Source: an uncultured Alphaproteobacteria bacterium (GTDB lineage Bacteria; Pseudomonadota; Alphaproteobacteria; Rhizobiales; Xanthobacteraceae). Taken from it: a DNA stretch of 64,000 bases. The position numbers and the translations under genes were made by a program. This document shows positions 41,930-53,697 of this stretch, in pieces. The stretch's first letter is position 1. Every line of letters starts with the position of its first letter. The stretch is taken from NCBI GenBank assembly GCA_963806075.1, contig CAWDWT010000023.1, forward strand, positions 2,763 to 66,762. Reading direction: 5' to 3'. A model generated the notes under the pieces. The model made no database searches, had not been told where the DNA came from, and was given only the letters and a program-made list of their open reading frames with translations.

Positions 41930-42927
41930 TCAGCTCTCCTCGGGCTGACGCGCGATGCGTTCGAGCAATTTCTTGATTTCGCGGTTCTGTTCGCCCTGGC
42001 TGTCGGCCCATTCGCGGATCGTCTCCTGCTCGGTGCGCATATGCGCGACCAGTCCCTGAATAGCTTCGGCGAGGTTGGCCATGGCCGCGGTGGCGCCGCG
42101 ATTGTTGCCACCTTGCTCCATGGCCGAGCGCAGCCGCTCGATCGCGTTCTGCAGGTCGCCGCCGGCGCTGGTCGCGGGTCGCCGGAATATTCGCGCACGG
42201 TGGAGGCCAGCCAGTCCTCGAGGTCGGTATAGAACCGGTTTTGCGCCTGGCTCGATTGCAGATCGAGAAAGCCCAGGATCAGCGATCCCGCAAGGCCGAA
42301 CAGCGAGGATGAAAACGAGATGCCCATGCCGCCGAGCGGCGCGGCGAGGCCTTCTTTCAACGTGTCGAACAGCGCACCGGCGTCACCGCCGACCTTCAGC
42401 CCGTCGATCACCTTGCCGACCGAACCGACCGTCTCGATCAAGCCCCAGAAGGTGCCGAGCAGGCCGAGGAAGACCAACAGGCCGGTCATGTAGCGGGAAA
42501 TATCGCGCGCTTCGTCGAGCCGGGTCGCGATGGAGTTGAGTAGATGCCGCATGGTCTGCTGCGAGATCGTCATCCGTCCCGAGCGCTCGCCGCCGAGGAT
42601 TGCCGCCATCGGCGCCAACAGCGTCGGGCGCTGGTCGATCGCCAGGCCGGGATCGGCGATGCGGAAATTGTTGACCCAGGCGACTTCCGGATAGAGCCGG
42701 ATCACCTGGCGGAACGCCAGCAGGGTGCCGATCAAGAGCACCAGCCCGATCAGCGCATTGAGGCCGGGATTGGCGAAAAACGCCACCACGATCTGCTTGT
42801 ACAGCACGACGGCGACAAGCGAACATAGCACCAGGAATACCAGCATCCGCACCAGGAAAATCCGTGGCGAGGACAGCTTGGTGAGTTCGATCTCCATTGC
42901 GGAGCCGGGGGAGGCGCCTGAAGGCAT
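41930..42927 (-). CDS. MotA/TolQ/ExbB-like membrane protein; indel near 42175
   Basis: LVFLGLLGTFWGL, GMGISFSSSLFGLAGSLIL; C-terminus in the shifted frame: AMANLAEAIQGLV.HMR.EQ. Confidence 0.85.
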
Positions 42928-43584
42928 TGACGGTCGTCACCCTGTTGCGAGGGAAGCGCTTACGGGCGCCAATATGGCATAGTGGAACCGGGAAAAAAGC
43001 CAGTTGCACTGCATTCGTGGCAGGAACAGGGAAATTGAGGGGTGGAAACGGGCTTGGGTATCGAGCGTATTTCATAAGGCTTTGTTGTCGCCGGCGTCCA
43101 GCCGGCATTTTGCATGAGTATCTTTATGTCGAGGCGGCTGCGGTCGCTGCGCGCCGCTGGGATCAGCTACGACACGCGCGATGCCGCCTTGCCAAGAATG
43201 GGGTCGGTTCACAGTGGTACTAGAACCGGTCCACGTCGCCGGCATTCCGCCGCTTGCAGAGGACATACGCCCGGGGGCCGTATCGTTCAGCTCACAATCT
43301 TGCGTCATCATGCGGCGATATGAACGAAAATAAGTTCGTGCTCTGCAACCTGCGACGGTTCAACGCGGCAGAAATCGCCGCGACAATTTACCTCGCCGAT
43401 AAAAGCTCTTTTCCGTCAGCACGATAGCAACGCGTGTGACATTGCGCCGCCGCTGCATGCGTTGCGCTGCAACAATGTCCCCATATCCTGCTACCAAGAG
43501 CGCTTCTGTCGCTCGGGCGAATCCACTGTTCGCTGTCATCCAACCCTGCTATCCAAACTTGCCATCCAAACTTGGGGACCTGTT

Positions 43585-44800
43585 TTGAAATCGAGACCTC
43601 CTGCGCAGCCGTTCCGCAGATCGGCCTGCATCGCGTTCGTTATTGCCGCCTTGGCTCCGCTGCTCGCGGGCTGCGACGAACCTCGATCCGCCATCGCCGC
43701 GACGAAAGCTGCCGTTCCAGACGTCAGCATCGTCACTGTCAACCCGCAGGCGCGCGCGTTGGTGCGTGAGTTGCCGGGACGGATTTCGCCGACGCGGGTT
43801 GCCGATGTTCGTCCACGCGTGTCCGGTATTATCGTCAAGCGCTTGTTCAGCCAGGGCAGCGAGGTCGAAGGCCGGCGACCCCCTCTACGAGATTGATCCG
43901 CGGCCATTCGAAGTCGAGGTGCAGTCCAATGAGGCGGCGCTTGCGAAAGCGAAAGCCGTGCTCGAACAGGCGTCGCAGCATGCCCGCCGGGTTGCGACCC
44001 TGACCAGTCAGAAGGCCGCGCCCGAGGCCGAAAACGAAAAAGCGGTTGCTTCGCAGCGCCAGGCCGAAGCCGACGTCGAGGGCCGCAAGGCCGACGTCGC
44101 ACGCGCCAGGCTCAATCTCGATTATGCGACTATCCGCGCGCCGATCGGCGGCGTGGTCGGCGCCGCTTTGGTCAGTGAGGGCGCGCTGGTGGTGCAGAAC
44201 GAGACCGCCGGACTCGCGACGATCCAGCAGCTGGATCCGATCTATGCCGACTTCACCCAATCGGTCACCGAACTCAATCAACTGCGCCGGGCCTACGAAG
44301 CCGGCGATCTCGACCAGATTCCGAACGACGCCTTGAAGGTGAGGCTGGTGCTCGACGACGGCTCGGTTTATCCGCTGCCCGGACGCCTGCTGTTTTCCGA
44401 AGCCAAGGTCGATGCCCATACCGGGCAGGTGACCTTGCGCGGCGAATTCCCGAATCCGAAGCGCGAATTGCTGCCGGGCCAATATGTGCGCGTGCAAATC
44501 GAACAGGGCATCGACAGCGATGCGATCGCGGTGCCGCAGCAGGCGATCCAGCGCAACGGCGGCGGCAGCAGCGAGGTATTCGTGGTTACGGCCGATAATC
44601 GTGTGGCGATCCAGCCGGTCCGCGTCGGCTCGTTGCAGGGCGGCCAATGGTTCGTCACCGACGGCCTCAAGGCCGGCGACAAGGTCGTGGTCGAGGGCTT
44701 CCAGAAGTTCGTCCCCGGCGATGCGGTCGTGCCGCACATTTGGGTCGCGGACGCCGCAGCCGAAGTGACGGGAACGACGACCGCGCAGGCGCAACAGTAA
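43585..44800 (+). CDS. RND periplasmic adaptor lipoprotein (AcrA/BdeA-like); indel near 43870
   Basis: TTG start, lipobox LAGC, ELPGR..P.RVADVRPRVSGII, IRAPIGG, IQQLDPIYADF, VTLRGEFPNP. Confidence 0.92.
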
Positions 44801-44804
44801 GGCC

Positions 44805-47800
44805 ATGCCGAGTTTCTTCATCGACAGGCCGATCTTCGCCTGGGTGGTCGCGCTGTTCATCTGCCTGGTCGGCGCGATCTCGATTCCGCTGTTGCCGGTG
44901 GCGCAATATCCGATCATCGCGCCGCCCTCGATTTCGGTCTCGACGAGCTATCCCGGCGCGTCGCCAGAGGATCTCTACAACAGCGTTACCCGGCTGATCG
45001 AGGAAGAACTCAACGGCGCGTCCGGCATCCTGAATTTCGAATCGACCAGCGACTCGCTGGGGCAGGTCGAAATCACCGCCAATTTCGTGCCCGGCACTGA
45101 GACCGGCGCGGCGTCTGTCGAGGTGCAGAACCGCCTCAAGCGCGTCGAGGCGCGGCTTCCGCGCGCGGTGATCCAGCAGGGCATCCTGGTCGAGGAAGCC
45201 TCGAGCGCGGTGTTGCAGATCATCACTTTGCGCTCGACCGACCACAGCCTCGATGAGATCGGGCTCGGCGATTTCATGATCCGCAACGTGCTTGGCGAAA
45301 TCCGCCGCATTCCCGGCGTCGGCCGCGCCACGCTTTATTCGACCGAGCGAAGCCTGCGGATCTGGACCGATCCCGACAAGCTGGTTGGCTATGGTCTCAC
45401 TGCTGACGACGTCACCAGGGCGATCGCCGCCCAGAACGCGCAGGTCGCCTCGGGGAGCATCGGTGCCGAGCCGAGCACGCCGGACCAGAAGATTTCCGCG
45501 CTGGTGCTCGTGAAGGGCCAGCTCGGTTCGCCCGATGAATTCGGCTCGATCATCCTGCGCGCAAATTCCGACGGTTCGACGGTGCGGCTGCGCGACGTCG
45601 CGCGGATCGAGGTCGGCGGTCTCAGCTACCAGCTCAACACGCGGCTCAACGGCCAGCCGACGGCTGGCCTGTCCGTGATGCTGTCGCCGACAGGCAATGC
45701 ACTTGCGACCGCCAGCGCGGTTGAAGCCAAGATGAAGGAACTGTCGAAGTTCTTTCCGGCCAATATCACCTACGATATTCCCTACAACATCACACCGGTG
45801 GTCGAGGCTTCGATCGAGAAAGTGCTGTCGACCCTGGTCGAGGCCGTGGTGCTGGTGTTCATCGTGATGTTCCTGTTTCTGCAAAACATCCGCTACACCA
45901 TCATTCCGACCATCGTGGTCCCGGTGGCATTGCTCGGCACCAGCGCGATCCTGTTGCTGGCGGGCTTTTCCATCAACATGCTGACCATGTTCGGCATGGT
46001 GCTCGCGGTTGGCATCCTCGTCGATGATGCCATCGTCGTGGTCGAGAACGTCGAACGCATCATGGCCGAGGACGGCCTGCCGCCGGTGGAAGCCACCCGA
46101 AAGGCAATGTCGCAGATCACAGGTGCTATCATCGGCATTACGCTGGTGCTGATCGCGGTGTTTGTGCCAATGGCGTTCTTTCCAGGTTCGGTCGGCATTA
46201 TCTATCGGCAATTCTCGGTCACGATGGTAGCTGCGATCGCGTTCTCCGCGCTGCTGGCGTTGTCGCTGACTCCGGCGCTGTGCGCGACGCTGCTCAAACC
46301 GGTGACTGCGGGACATGGTCACGCCCGCGCGGGCCTGTTCGGCCGTTTCAATCGCGGCCTCGATGCGATCAAGGGCCGCTACGCCGGCGCGATCGGATGG
46401 TCGCTCAATCGCGCCGGCCGCCTGATGCTGATCTATGCGGTGCTGGCGACCGGGCTGGGCTTCGCGTTCGTGCGTTTGCCCGGCGGCTTCCTGCCGGTCG
46501 ACGATCAGGGCTTCATCACTACCGACGTGCAGACGCCGTCCGAATCCTCTTATGCCCGCACCGGGGCGGTGGTCGAACGCGTCGAAAAATACCTGGCGCA
46601 GCGCCCTGGCGTCGATAACGTCACCTTCCTGACCGGCTTCAGCTTTGCCGGCCAGGGTATGAACACGGCACAGGCCTTCATTTCGCTAAAGGACTGGTCG
46701 GAGCGTTCGGGGAAGGATTCCGCGGCCGCGATCGTGGCTGACATCAACAAGGATCTCGCGTCGGTCCGCGATGCCAGGATATCGGCGCTGCAGCCGCCGC
46801 CGATCGACAATCTCGGCAACTCCTCCGGTTTCAGTTTCAGGCTTCAGGATCGTGGCCAGAAAGGTCTTGCCGCCCTGAACGCCGCGGCCGAGCGGCTGGT
46901 CGGCGAAGCCAACGCCGGCAACATCTTGCAAAAGGTCTATATCGAGGGCCTGCCGCCGGCGCCGCAGGTCAATCTTATGATAGATCGCGAAAAGGCCGGC
47001 GCATTCGGTGTCACCTTCGAGGACATCAACAACACGATCTCGACCAATCTCGGCTCCAATTATGTCAACGACTTCCCCAATCGCGGCCGGATGCAGCGCG
47101 TGATCGTGCAGGCCGATCGCGGCAGCCGCATGAACGCCAGCGAGATCCTCAACTACAGCGTCAAGAACAGCCGCGGGCAATTGGTGCCGTTCTCCGCCTT
47201 TGCCTCGGTCGAATGGTCTAAGGGCCCGACCCAGATCGCTGGCTTCAACTACTATCCGGCGGTGCGGATCAGCGGCGAAGCCAGGCCCGGCTATACCACC
47301 GGCGACGCCATCGCCGAGATGGAGCGCCTGGCCGGCAAACTGCCGCGCGGCTTCGGTTACGACTGGACCGGTCAATCGTTGCAGGAAAAGCTGTCGGGGT
47401 CGCAGGCACCGTTGCTGCTCGGCCTGTCGGCGCTGGTGGTGTTCCTGTGTCTGGCCGCGCTTTACGAAAGCTGGACCATTCCTCTCGCCGTGCTGCTGAC
47501 GGTGCCGCTCGGCATTCTCGGCGCGGTGGCTGCCGCGATGCTGCGCGGCCTGCCCAACGATGTTTATTTCACGGTGGGCTTGATCACCATCATCGGGCTT
47601 TCGGCCAAGGATGCCATCCTGATCATCGAATTCGCCAAGGATCTACGCGCGCAAGGCAAGCCGCTGGTCGAGGCGACGATCGAGTCCTGCAAATTGCGTT
47701 TCCGCCCGATCCTGATGACCGGCGTCGCGTTCGTCTGCGGCGTGCTGCCGATGGTGGTCGCGCACGGCGCCGGCGGCGCCAGCCAGCAGGTGCTCGGCAC

Positions 47801-47969
47801 CGGCGTGATGGGCGGCATGATCGCGGTGGTGATCCTGGCCCTGCTGATGGTGCCGGTGTTCTTTGTCAGCGTCCAGCGCGTGCTGGCGCGGGACCGGGAA
47901 ACGACCGAGCGTCCGGTGAAGCAGGCGCCGGGAGCGCTGGCTGCACCAGAATCCGTGAAGGCGAGTTAG
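44805..47969 (+). CDS. HAE1 RND multidrug permease (AcrB/BdeB-like)
   Basis: Intact 1054 aa; FFIDRPIFAWV, LPVAQYP.IAPP, GILVDDAIVVVENVER, LSAKDAILIIEFAK, RFRPILMT. Confidence 0.96.
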   Translation: MPSFFIDRPIFAWVVALFICLVGAISIPLLPVAQYPIIAPPSISVSTSYPGASPEDLYNSVTRLIEEELNGASGILNFESTSDSLGQVEITANFVPGTETGAASVEVQNRLKRVEARLPRAVIQQGILVEEASSAVLQIITLRSTDHSLDEIGLGDFMIRNVLGEIRRIPGVGRATLYSTERSLRIWTDPDKLVGYGLTADDVTRAIAAQNAQVASGSIGAEPSTPDQKISALVLVKGQLGSPDEFGSIILRANSDGSTVRLRDVARIEVGGLSYQLNTRLNGQPTAGLSVMLSPTGNALATASAVEAKMKELSKFFPANITYDIPYNITPVVEASIEKVLSTLVEAVVLVFIVMFLFLQNIRYTIIPTIVVPVALLGTSAILLLAGFSINMLTMFGMVLAVGILVDDAIVVVENVERIMAEDGLPPVEATRKAMSQITGAIIGITLVLIAVFVPMAFFPGSVGIIYRQFSVTMVAAIAFSALLALSLTPALCATLLKPVTAGHGHARAGLFGRFNRGLDAIKGRYAGAIGWSLNRAGRLMLIYAVLATGLGFAFVRLPGGFLPVDDQGFITTDVQTPSESSYARTGAVVERVEKYLAQRPGVDNVTFLTGFSFAGQGMNTAQAFISLKDWSERSGKDSAAAIVADINKDLASVRDARISALQPPPIDNLGNSSGFSFRLQDRGQKGLAALNAAAERLVGEANAGNILQKVYIEGLPPAPQVNLMIDREKAGAFGVTFEDINNTISTNLGSNYVNDFPNRGRMQRVIVQADRGSRMNASEILNYSVKNSRGQLVPFSAFASVEWSKGPTQIAGFNYYPAVRISGEARPGYTTGDAIAEMERLAGKLPRGFGYDWTGQSLQEKLSGSQAPLLLGLSALVVFLCLAALYESWTIPLAVLLTVPLGILGAVAAAMLRGLPNDVYFTVGLITIIGLSAKDAILIIEFAKDLRAQGKPLVEATIESCKLRFRPILMTGVAFVCGVLPMVVAHGAGGASQQVLGTGVMGGMIAVVILALLMVPVFFVSVQRVLARDRETTERPVKQAPGALAAPESVKAS

Positions 47970-47975
47970 ATGCTT

Positions 47976-48069
47976 GTCATGCCCGCGAAGCGGCTGTCCG
48001 GAATGCCGCGACCCTCACAATCAAGCATGGCGCGCGCGGAATAGTCGATCATCCGCCTTCGCGGATGAC
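47976..48069. repeat. Degenerate family A palindrome
   Basis: GTCATGCCCGCGAAGCGG...GGAATAGTCGATCATCCGCCTTCGCGGATGAC. Confidence 0.65.
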
Positions 48070-48074
48070 TGCTG

Positions 48075-48863
48075 TCAAAGCGGCCGCAGGATCTTCACCA
48101 TTTCGGCATGAATGAATTCATTGCCGCAGATCACATGGCCGGTCTTGAGCGGATCGCTTTCGCCGTCGACGCAACTGACGATACCGCCGGCTTCGCGCAC
48201 GATGATCGTGCCGGCCGCTACGTCCCAGGATGACAAATTGCGCTCCCAATAGCCGTCAAGACGGCCGGCCGCGACGAACGCCAGGTCGAGCGAGGCGGCG
48301 CCGAACCGGCGCAGGCCCGCCACTCGCTTCTGCATTTCCGTCATCTCGCGCCGGAACAGCTCGTGGTCGCCGCGGCCGATATGCGGCAGGCCGCAGGCGA
48401 CGACGCAATCGTCGAGCTTGCGGCGCCCTGCGACGCGCAGCCGCTGATCATTGAGGAATGCGCCCTTGCCGCGCTCGGCGATGTAAAGTTCTTCATTGGC
48501 CGGATTGTAGACGAGGCCCGCAATCAAGGTGTCCTCACGCCGCAGTCCGATCGAAACTGCGAATTGCGGAATGCCGTGCAGGAAATTGGTGGTGCCGTCG
48601 AGCGGATCGACGATCCAGGTATGGCTGTTGTCGGCGCCTTCGCGGGTGCCGCCTTCCTCGCCGATGAAACCGTAGCCCGGCCGCGCCTTGTTGAGGTCTT
48701 CATACAGCATCTGCTCGGCGCGCTTGTCGGCGAGGCTGACGAAATTGGCAGGGCCTTTCAGCGACACCTGAAGGTTTTCGATCTCGCCAAGGTCGCGTTT
48801 GAGGCTGCGGCCGGCGCGCCGCGCGGCTTTGACCATCACATTGATAAGAGCTGAATGCAGCAT
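48075..48863 (-). CDS. suhB: Inositol monophosphatase SuhB
   Basis: GEEG, WIVDPLDGTTNFLHG, RRFGAASLDLAFVAAGRLDGYWE, WDVAAG. Confidence 0.94.
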   Translation of the reverse strand: MLHSALINVMVKAARRAGRSLKRDLGEIENLQVSLKGPANFVSLADKRAEQMLYEDLNKARPGYGFIGEEGGTREGADNSHTWIVDPLDGTTNFLHGIPQFAVSIGLRREDTLIAGLVYNPANEELYIAERGKGAFLNDQRLRVAGRRKLDDCVVACGLPHIGRGDHELFRREMTEMQKRVAGLRRFGAASLDLAFVAAGRLDGYWERNLSSWDVAAGTIIVREAGGIVSCVDGESDPLKTGHVICGNEFIHAEMVKILRPL

Positions 48864-48915
48864 GATCTCGTCTTTGCTCGATCCTGTAGAATGTCATTGC
48901 GACGGGCAATGCGCG

Positions 48916-49020
48916 CTCCTCTCCCATCGGGGGAGGGTCGGGGTGAGGGGTTACGCAGGTCAGTGAGGTAGGAAGCCCTCACCCGGCGCCAGAGCGCCGA
49001 CCTCCCCGCCGGGGAGAGGT
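48916..49020. repeat. Palindromic repeat, family B (CCCTCACCC/CCTCTCCC type)
   Basis: CTCCTCTCCCATCGGGGGAGGGTCGGGGTGAGGGG...CCCTCACCCGG...CCGACCTCCCCGCCGGGGAGAGG. Confidence 0.75.
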
Positions 49021-49090
49021 AAAGAAATCCCGGTCTGTCTCGCGAGCCTTTGGACTGGGTGCCCTGCGGGCGTGCTTGCGTCAAGGCGGA

Positions 49091-50186
49091 TCATTTGGCG
49101 CCGAGCCATTTGCGCGCGGCGGCTTCCGCCTTGGCGCGATCGTCCGGGCTCATGTCGGCAAAGGCATCGTCGAGCATCGGATCGCCTTTGCCGGCGGTTT
49201 TCGCCACGATATGCCATTTGAGCGCTTCGACCTTGTCGACGGGCGCGCCTTTGCCACTGGATAGCGCCCAGGCCAGGCGGTTTTGCGCGATTGGGTTATT
49301 CTGCTTGGCTGCCTTGCGCAACAGCGCTACGGCGGCCGCCTGGTTTCGCGGTGTGCCGGTGCCGTTATAGAGCGCGATTGCGTATTCGACCTCAGCCTCG
49401 ACATTGTCGGCAAGGGCTGCCGCTTGCAGCAGCCGTACCGACCTCTCGACGTCCTTCGGCACGCCGGTGCCTTCCTTGTAGAATGTCGCCAACGCATATT
49501 GCGCTTCCGGATTGCCGGCATCGGCGGCAACGCGCAGCAATTCCGCCGCGCGCTTGAGGTCCTGCGGCAGGACCTGACCGTTGATATAAAGCAGCGCCAG
49601 ATTGTACGAGGCCTTGGCGCTGCCGAGCTTGGCTGCGGACGCCAGCAATTTCGCGGCTTCCTCGCCGCCACCGGGGCCGCCGCGACCCGAAAGCCGCAGC
49701 ATCGCCAGCGCGAACATGCCTTCACGGTCGCCGCCGGCGGCGGCCCGCCGGTACCAGTCGATCGCCTTGTCGTAGTCGAGCTTGACGCCGAGCGCGTTGG
49801 CGTAGAGCTCGCCGAGCATCGTCATCGCCTTCGGGTCGCTCTTTTCCTCGACGCGCTTGGTCGCGAGATCGAACGCGGTCTTGTACTGGCCGCGCTGATA
49901 AGCGGCGTAAACGTAATCGGCATTGGGATCATCGGGGACCGGCGCGGGCGTCACCGTCGCGTCGGGCACAGGCGTTGCTGCTGGCTTGAGCGGGGCGGCA
50001 GCCGGTTTCTTGACGGCGTCTTTGACGACCTCGCGCGGCTTCGGTTTCGGCCTAGCTGCGGGCTTGCTCGGCTCCGGCGGCGGCGTTTCGCGCGCCCGGT
50101 GGTGTTAGCGACATTTGCGCCGTGGCGGCGCTCGCGGCGAGCATCGTCATGGCCGCCAGCATCGATATGGAACGCAGGCTCTTCAT
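49091..50186 (-). CDS. Exported Sel1-repeat protein; indel near 50060
   Basis: Signal peptide, Pro/Lys-rich linker, repeated A...LG.LY..G.GV..D...A..W motifs. Confidence 0.88.
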
Positions 50187-50194
50187 CTCCGGCG

Positions 50195-50875
50195 TTATTC
50201 CTGCTCGGCCGCGACTTTTCCAGAGGCCTCGAAGGCCTGCCTGATCGTTCGCTGCACGTCCGCCAGCGCCGCCGCGGGCCCGCGAGAATCCGTCCAGATC
50301 AAATCGCCCACCAGCACGAAATCCGCGCCGGCCGTGGCGAATTCATGCGCCTCCTGGCGCGACGCCGCAAAGCCGATGCAAGGTGGCTCGAACAGCTCGG
50401 CCCACCATTGCAGCCGCTCGGCGATGGCCGCGACCGAAGGCCGCTGTCCCTTCGCGTCGGGCTCGCCGAACAGCACATAGTCCGCGCCGGCTTCGCCGGC
50501 GGACATCGAATCATGCCGCGTGACGAGGCCGCCGACGCCGGCGACGCGATCGGGCTTCAGGCTCGACAGCGCGTCCTCCATTGCGGCGATGCCGGTCAGG
50601 TGCGCACCGTCGGCGCCCGAGCGCGCGACCAGTTCGACATTTCCATCGAGCAATACCGCGGCGCCCTTGGCCTGGATCGCAGGCGCCAGCGCCTTGACCC
50701 GCGTAATCATGGTGCGCTGGTCGACCGGCTGGAGGCGCAGCAGCACGGCTGCGATGTCGGCGGCCGCGAGCGTCTCGCCAAGGCTTGCCGCCAGCGCAGA
50801 CGGATCTTCCACGACGGGCGTTGCCAGATAAAGCCTGGGCATTGGGCGCGGCGGAACCGCTTTGTTGTTGGCCAT
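50195..50875 (-). CDS. Thiamine-phosphate synthase-like (ThiE/TenI family) protein
   Basis: RLYLATP, GADGAHL, RHDSM.AGEAGADYVLFG, GADFV. Confidence 0.85.
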   Translation of the reverse strand: MANNKAVPPRPMPRLYLATPVVEDPSALAASLGETLAAADIAAVLLRLQPVDQRTMITRVKALAPAIQAKGAAVLLDGNVELVARSGADGAHLTGIAAMEDALSSLKPDRVAGVGGLVTRHDSMSAGEAGADYVLFGEPDAKGQRPSVAAIAERLQWWAELFEPPCIGFAASRQEAHEFATAGADFVLVGDLIWTDSRGPAAALADVQRTIRQAFEASGKVAAEQE

Positions 50876-51146
50876 GATCGGCTAGTGCCCCCGGACTGCG
50901 GCCAAAAAAGGGGCGGGACGCCGGCCCCCACTCGCAACCTCGTGAGACTTTCGGATCGCGTTCGCCCTTGCGGCATGCTTGGCGGCTCGGGCGGCGTCAG
51001 CACCGCCTTCACGACGGAGGTGGCCCTGGCCTGAATCCCGGTCATGCAGGCGTCGGTTGCCTCCGCGCTGCGCGCGGAGCGGTGGATAGATGCGCGTGCC
51101 GGCATCGATCAGGTGCCGAAAGCACCGCGTCGTTGGCGATGCCAAA

Positions 51147-52340
51147 TTATCTTGTTTTCAAGACCTCGACACCGGGCAGCGGCTTGCCTTCCATCCATTC
51201 GAGGAAGGCGCCGCCAGCGGTCGAAACATAGCTGAAATCGCCGGAAACGCCGGCCTGGTTGAGCGCCGCGACGGTGTCGCCGCCACCAGCGACCGAAACC
51301 AATTTTTTCGCCTTGGTCCGTTCGGCGGCGTGCTTGGCCGCCAGCACGGTACCGCGGTCGAACGGCGTCATTTCGAAAGCGCCGAGCGGGCCGTTCCAGA
51401 CAACTGTTGCGGCATCGTCGATCGCCGCATGAATCCGCGCAATCGACCGTGGTCCGACGTCGAGGATCATGCCATCGGCCGGGATCGCATCGAGGCCGTA
51501 GGCGTGCGACGGCGAGTTGGCGGCGAAATGGAACGCCACCACGGCGTCGACGGGAAGGATGATCGCGCAATTGGCTGCCTCGGCCTTTTCCATGATCCGC
51601 AACGCGGTCGCAGCAAGATCCTTTTCCGCCAGCGATTTGCCGATGCCGACGCCCTGCGCATGCAGGAAGGTATTGGCCATGCCGCCGCCAATCACCAGCG
51701 CATCGACCTTGCTGACCAGGTTTTCGAGCAGGTCGATCTTGGTGGAGACCTTGGCGCCGCCGATGATCGCGACCACCGGCTTGGTCGGCGCCTCCAGCGC
51801 CTTGTCGAGCGCGTCGAGTTCGGCCTGCATGGTGCGTCCGGCATAGGCCGGCAACTTGTGGCCGAGGCCTTCGGTCGAGCCGTGCGCCCGGTGCGCGGCC
51901 GAAAACGCATCATTGACCCAGATATCGCCGAGCTTGGCCAACGAAGCAACGAAGGCCGGATCGTTCTTTTCTTCTTCCTTGTGGAAGCGGGTGTTTTCCA
52001 GGCAAAGGATGTCGCCATCCTTCATCGCCGCAACGGCCTTTTCGGCATCTTCCCCGATGCAACCTTCCGAGAAGCCGACCGGCTTCTTGAGGATACGCGC
52101 AAGCTCGGCCGCGACCGGCCGCAGCGAGTCCTTGGCGTCACGTCCCTTCGGCCGTCCGAAATGCGCCAGCAGGATTGCCCTGCCGCCTTTGTCGGAAATC
52201 TCGGCGATGGTCGGGCCGACGCGCTCGAGCCTTGTAGCGTCGGTGACGCGGCCATTTTCCATGGGAACGTTGAGGTCGACGCGCAGCAGCACGCGCTTGC
52301 CCTTCACGTCGACGTCATCGAGGGTACGAAATTTGTTCAT
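51147..52340 (-). CDS. pgk: Phosphoglycerate kinase
   Basis: [56 protein letters not shown]. Confidence 0.97.
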   Translation of the reverse strand: MNKFRTLDDVDVKGKRVLLRVDLNVPMENGRVTDATRLERVGPTIAEISDKGGRAILLAHFGRPKGRDAKDSLRPVAAELARILKKPVGFSEGCIGEDAEKAVAAMKDGDILCLENTRFHKEEEKNDPAFVASLAKLGDIWVNDAFSAAHRAHGSTEGLGHKLPAYAGRTMQAELDALDKALEAPTKPVVAIIGGAKVSTKIDLLENLVSKVDALVIGGGMANTFLHAQGVGIGKSLAEKDLAATALRIMEKAEAANCAIILPVDAVVAFHFAANSPSHAYGLDAIPADGMILDVGPRSIARIHAAIDDAATVVWNGPLGAFEMTPFDRGTVLAAKHAAERTKAKKLVSVAGGGDTVAALNQAGVSGDFSYVSTAGGAFLEWMEGKPLPGVEVLKTR

Positions 52341-52352
52341 GTGCGCTTCCTC

Positions 52353-52437
52353 CGTCATGCCGGCCTTGTGCCGGGCATCCACGCCTTTCTTCGTCGCAAC
52401 GAAGTCGTGGATGGCCGGGACAAGCCCGGCCATGACG
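52353..52437. repeat. Palindromic repeat, family C (GTCATG.CCGG.CTTG.CCGG)
   Basis: CGTCATGCCGGCCTTGTGCCGGGCATCCACG...CGTGGATGGCCGGGACAAGCCCGGCCATGACG, filling the gap-pgk spacer. Confidence 0.85.
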
Positions 52438-52446
52438 ATCTAACTG

Positions 52447-53455
<1,009 letters not shown>

Positions 53456-53605
53456 CTTTGTCTCTCCTTCACGACCTTTGTCATCCCCCCGGAGGGCGAC
53501 AAGCCATCCGTGAAGGCTATTGTGGTGGCCGCCCGGTTCAGCCGGGCGGGAGCGGTTAATGTAGTTCTCAGGTAGCCGCTTTTGCGGGAAATCTCAACCG
53601 TTAGT

Positions 53606-53681
53606 CTAGTGCCGCCGATTTGAAATTCCTGCAGCAATTGCCGCACGTTTGTCCAGGAATTTCAAATTGAAAAGCGGCACT
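53606..53681. repeat. CTAG-initiated palindromic element
   Basis: CTAGTGCCGC.GATTTGAAATTCCT...AGGAATTTCAAATT...GCGGCACT. Confidence 0.75.
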
Positions 53682-53697
53682 CCAAGCCTATTTTTGG

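Noticed and set aside
40810-42927. Zorya defence system
   Set aside because: No zorC/D/E genes, the A-subunit tail is short, and the context is housekeeping.
42930-43580. Short ORFs in the 650-bp divergent spacer
   Set aside because: No SD, codon bias or recognisable motif; treated as regulatory DNA.
44667-46322. Long antisense ORFs (also 33306-34808, 49283-51034, 51090-52598, 26661-28241)
   Set aside because: These are typical shadow frames opposite well-supported genes in GC-rich DNA, with no family motifs.
51025-51060. TPP-riboswitch-like string CCTGAATCCCGGTCATGCAGGCGTCGG near the thiE-like gene
   Set aside because: It is on the wrong strand for that gene and lacks the GCTGAGA element.
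52341-52433. N-terminal extension of Pgk (MAGLVPAIH...)
   Set aside because: It is a translation of the family C palindrome; a GGAGG SD precedes ATG 52340.
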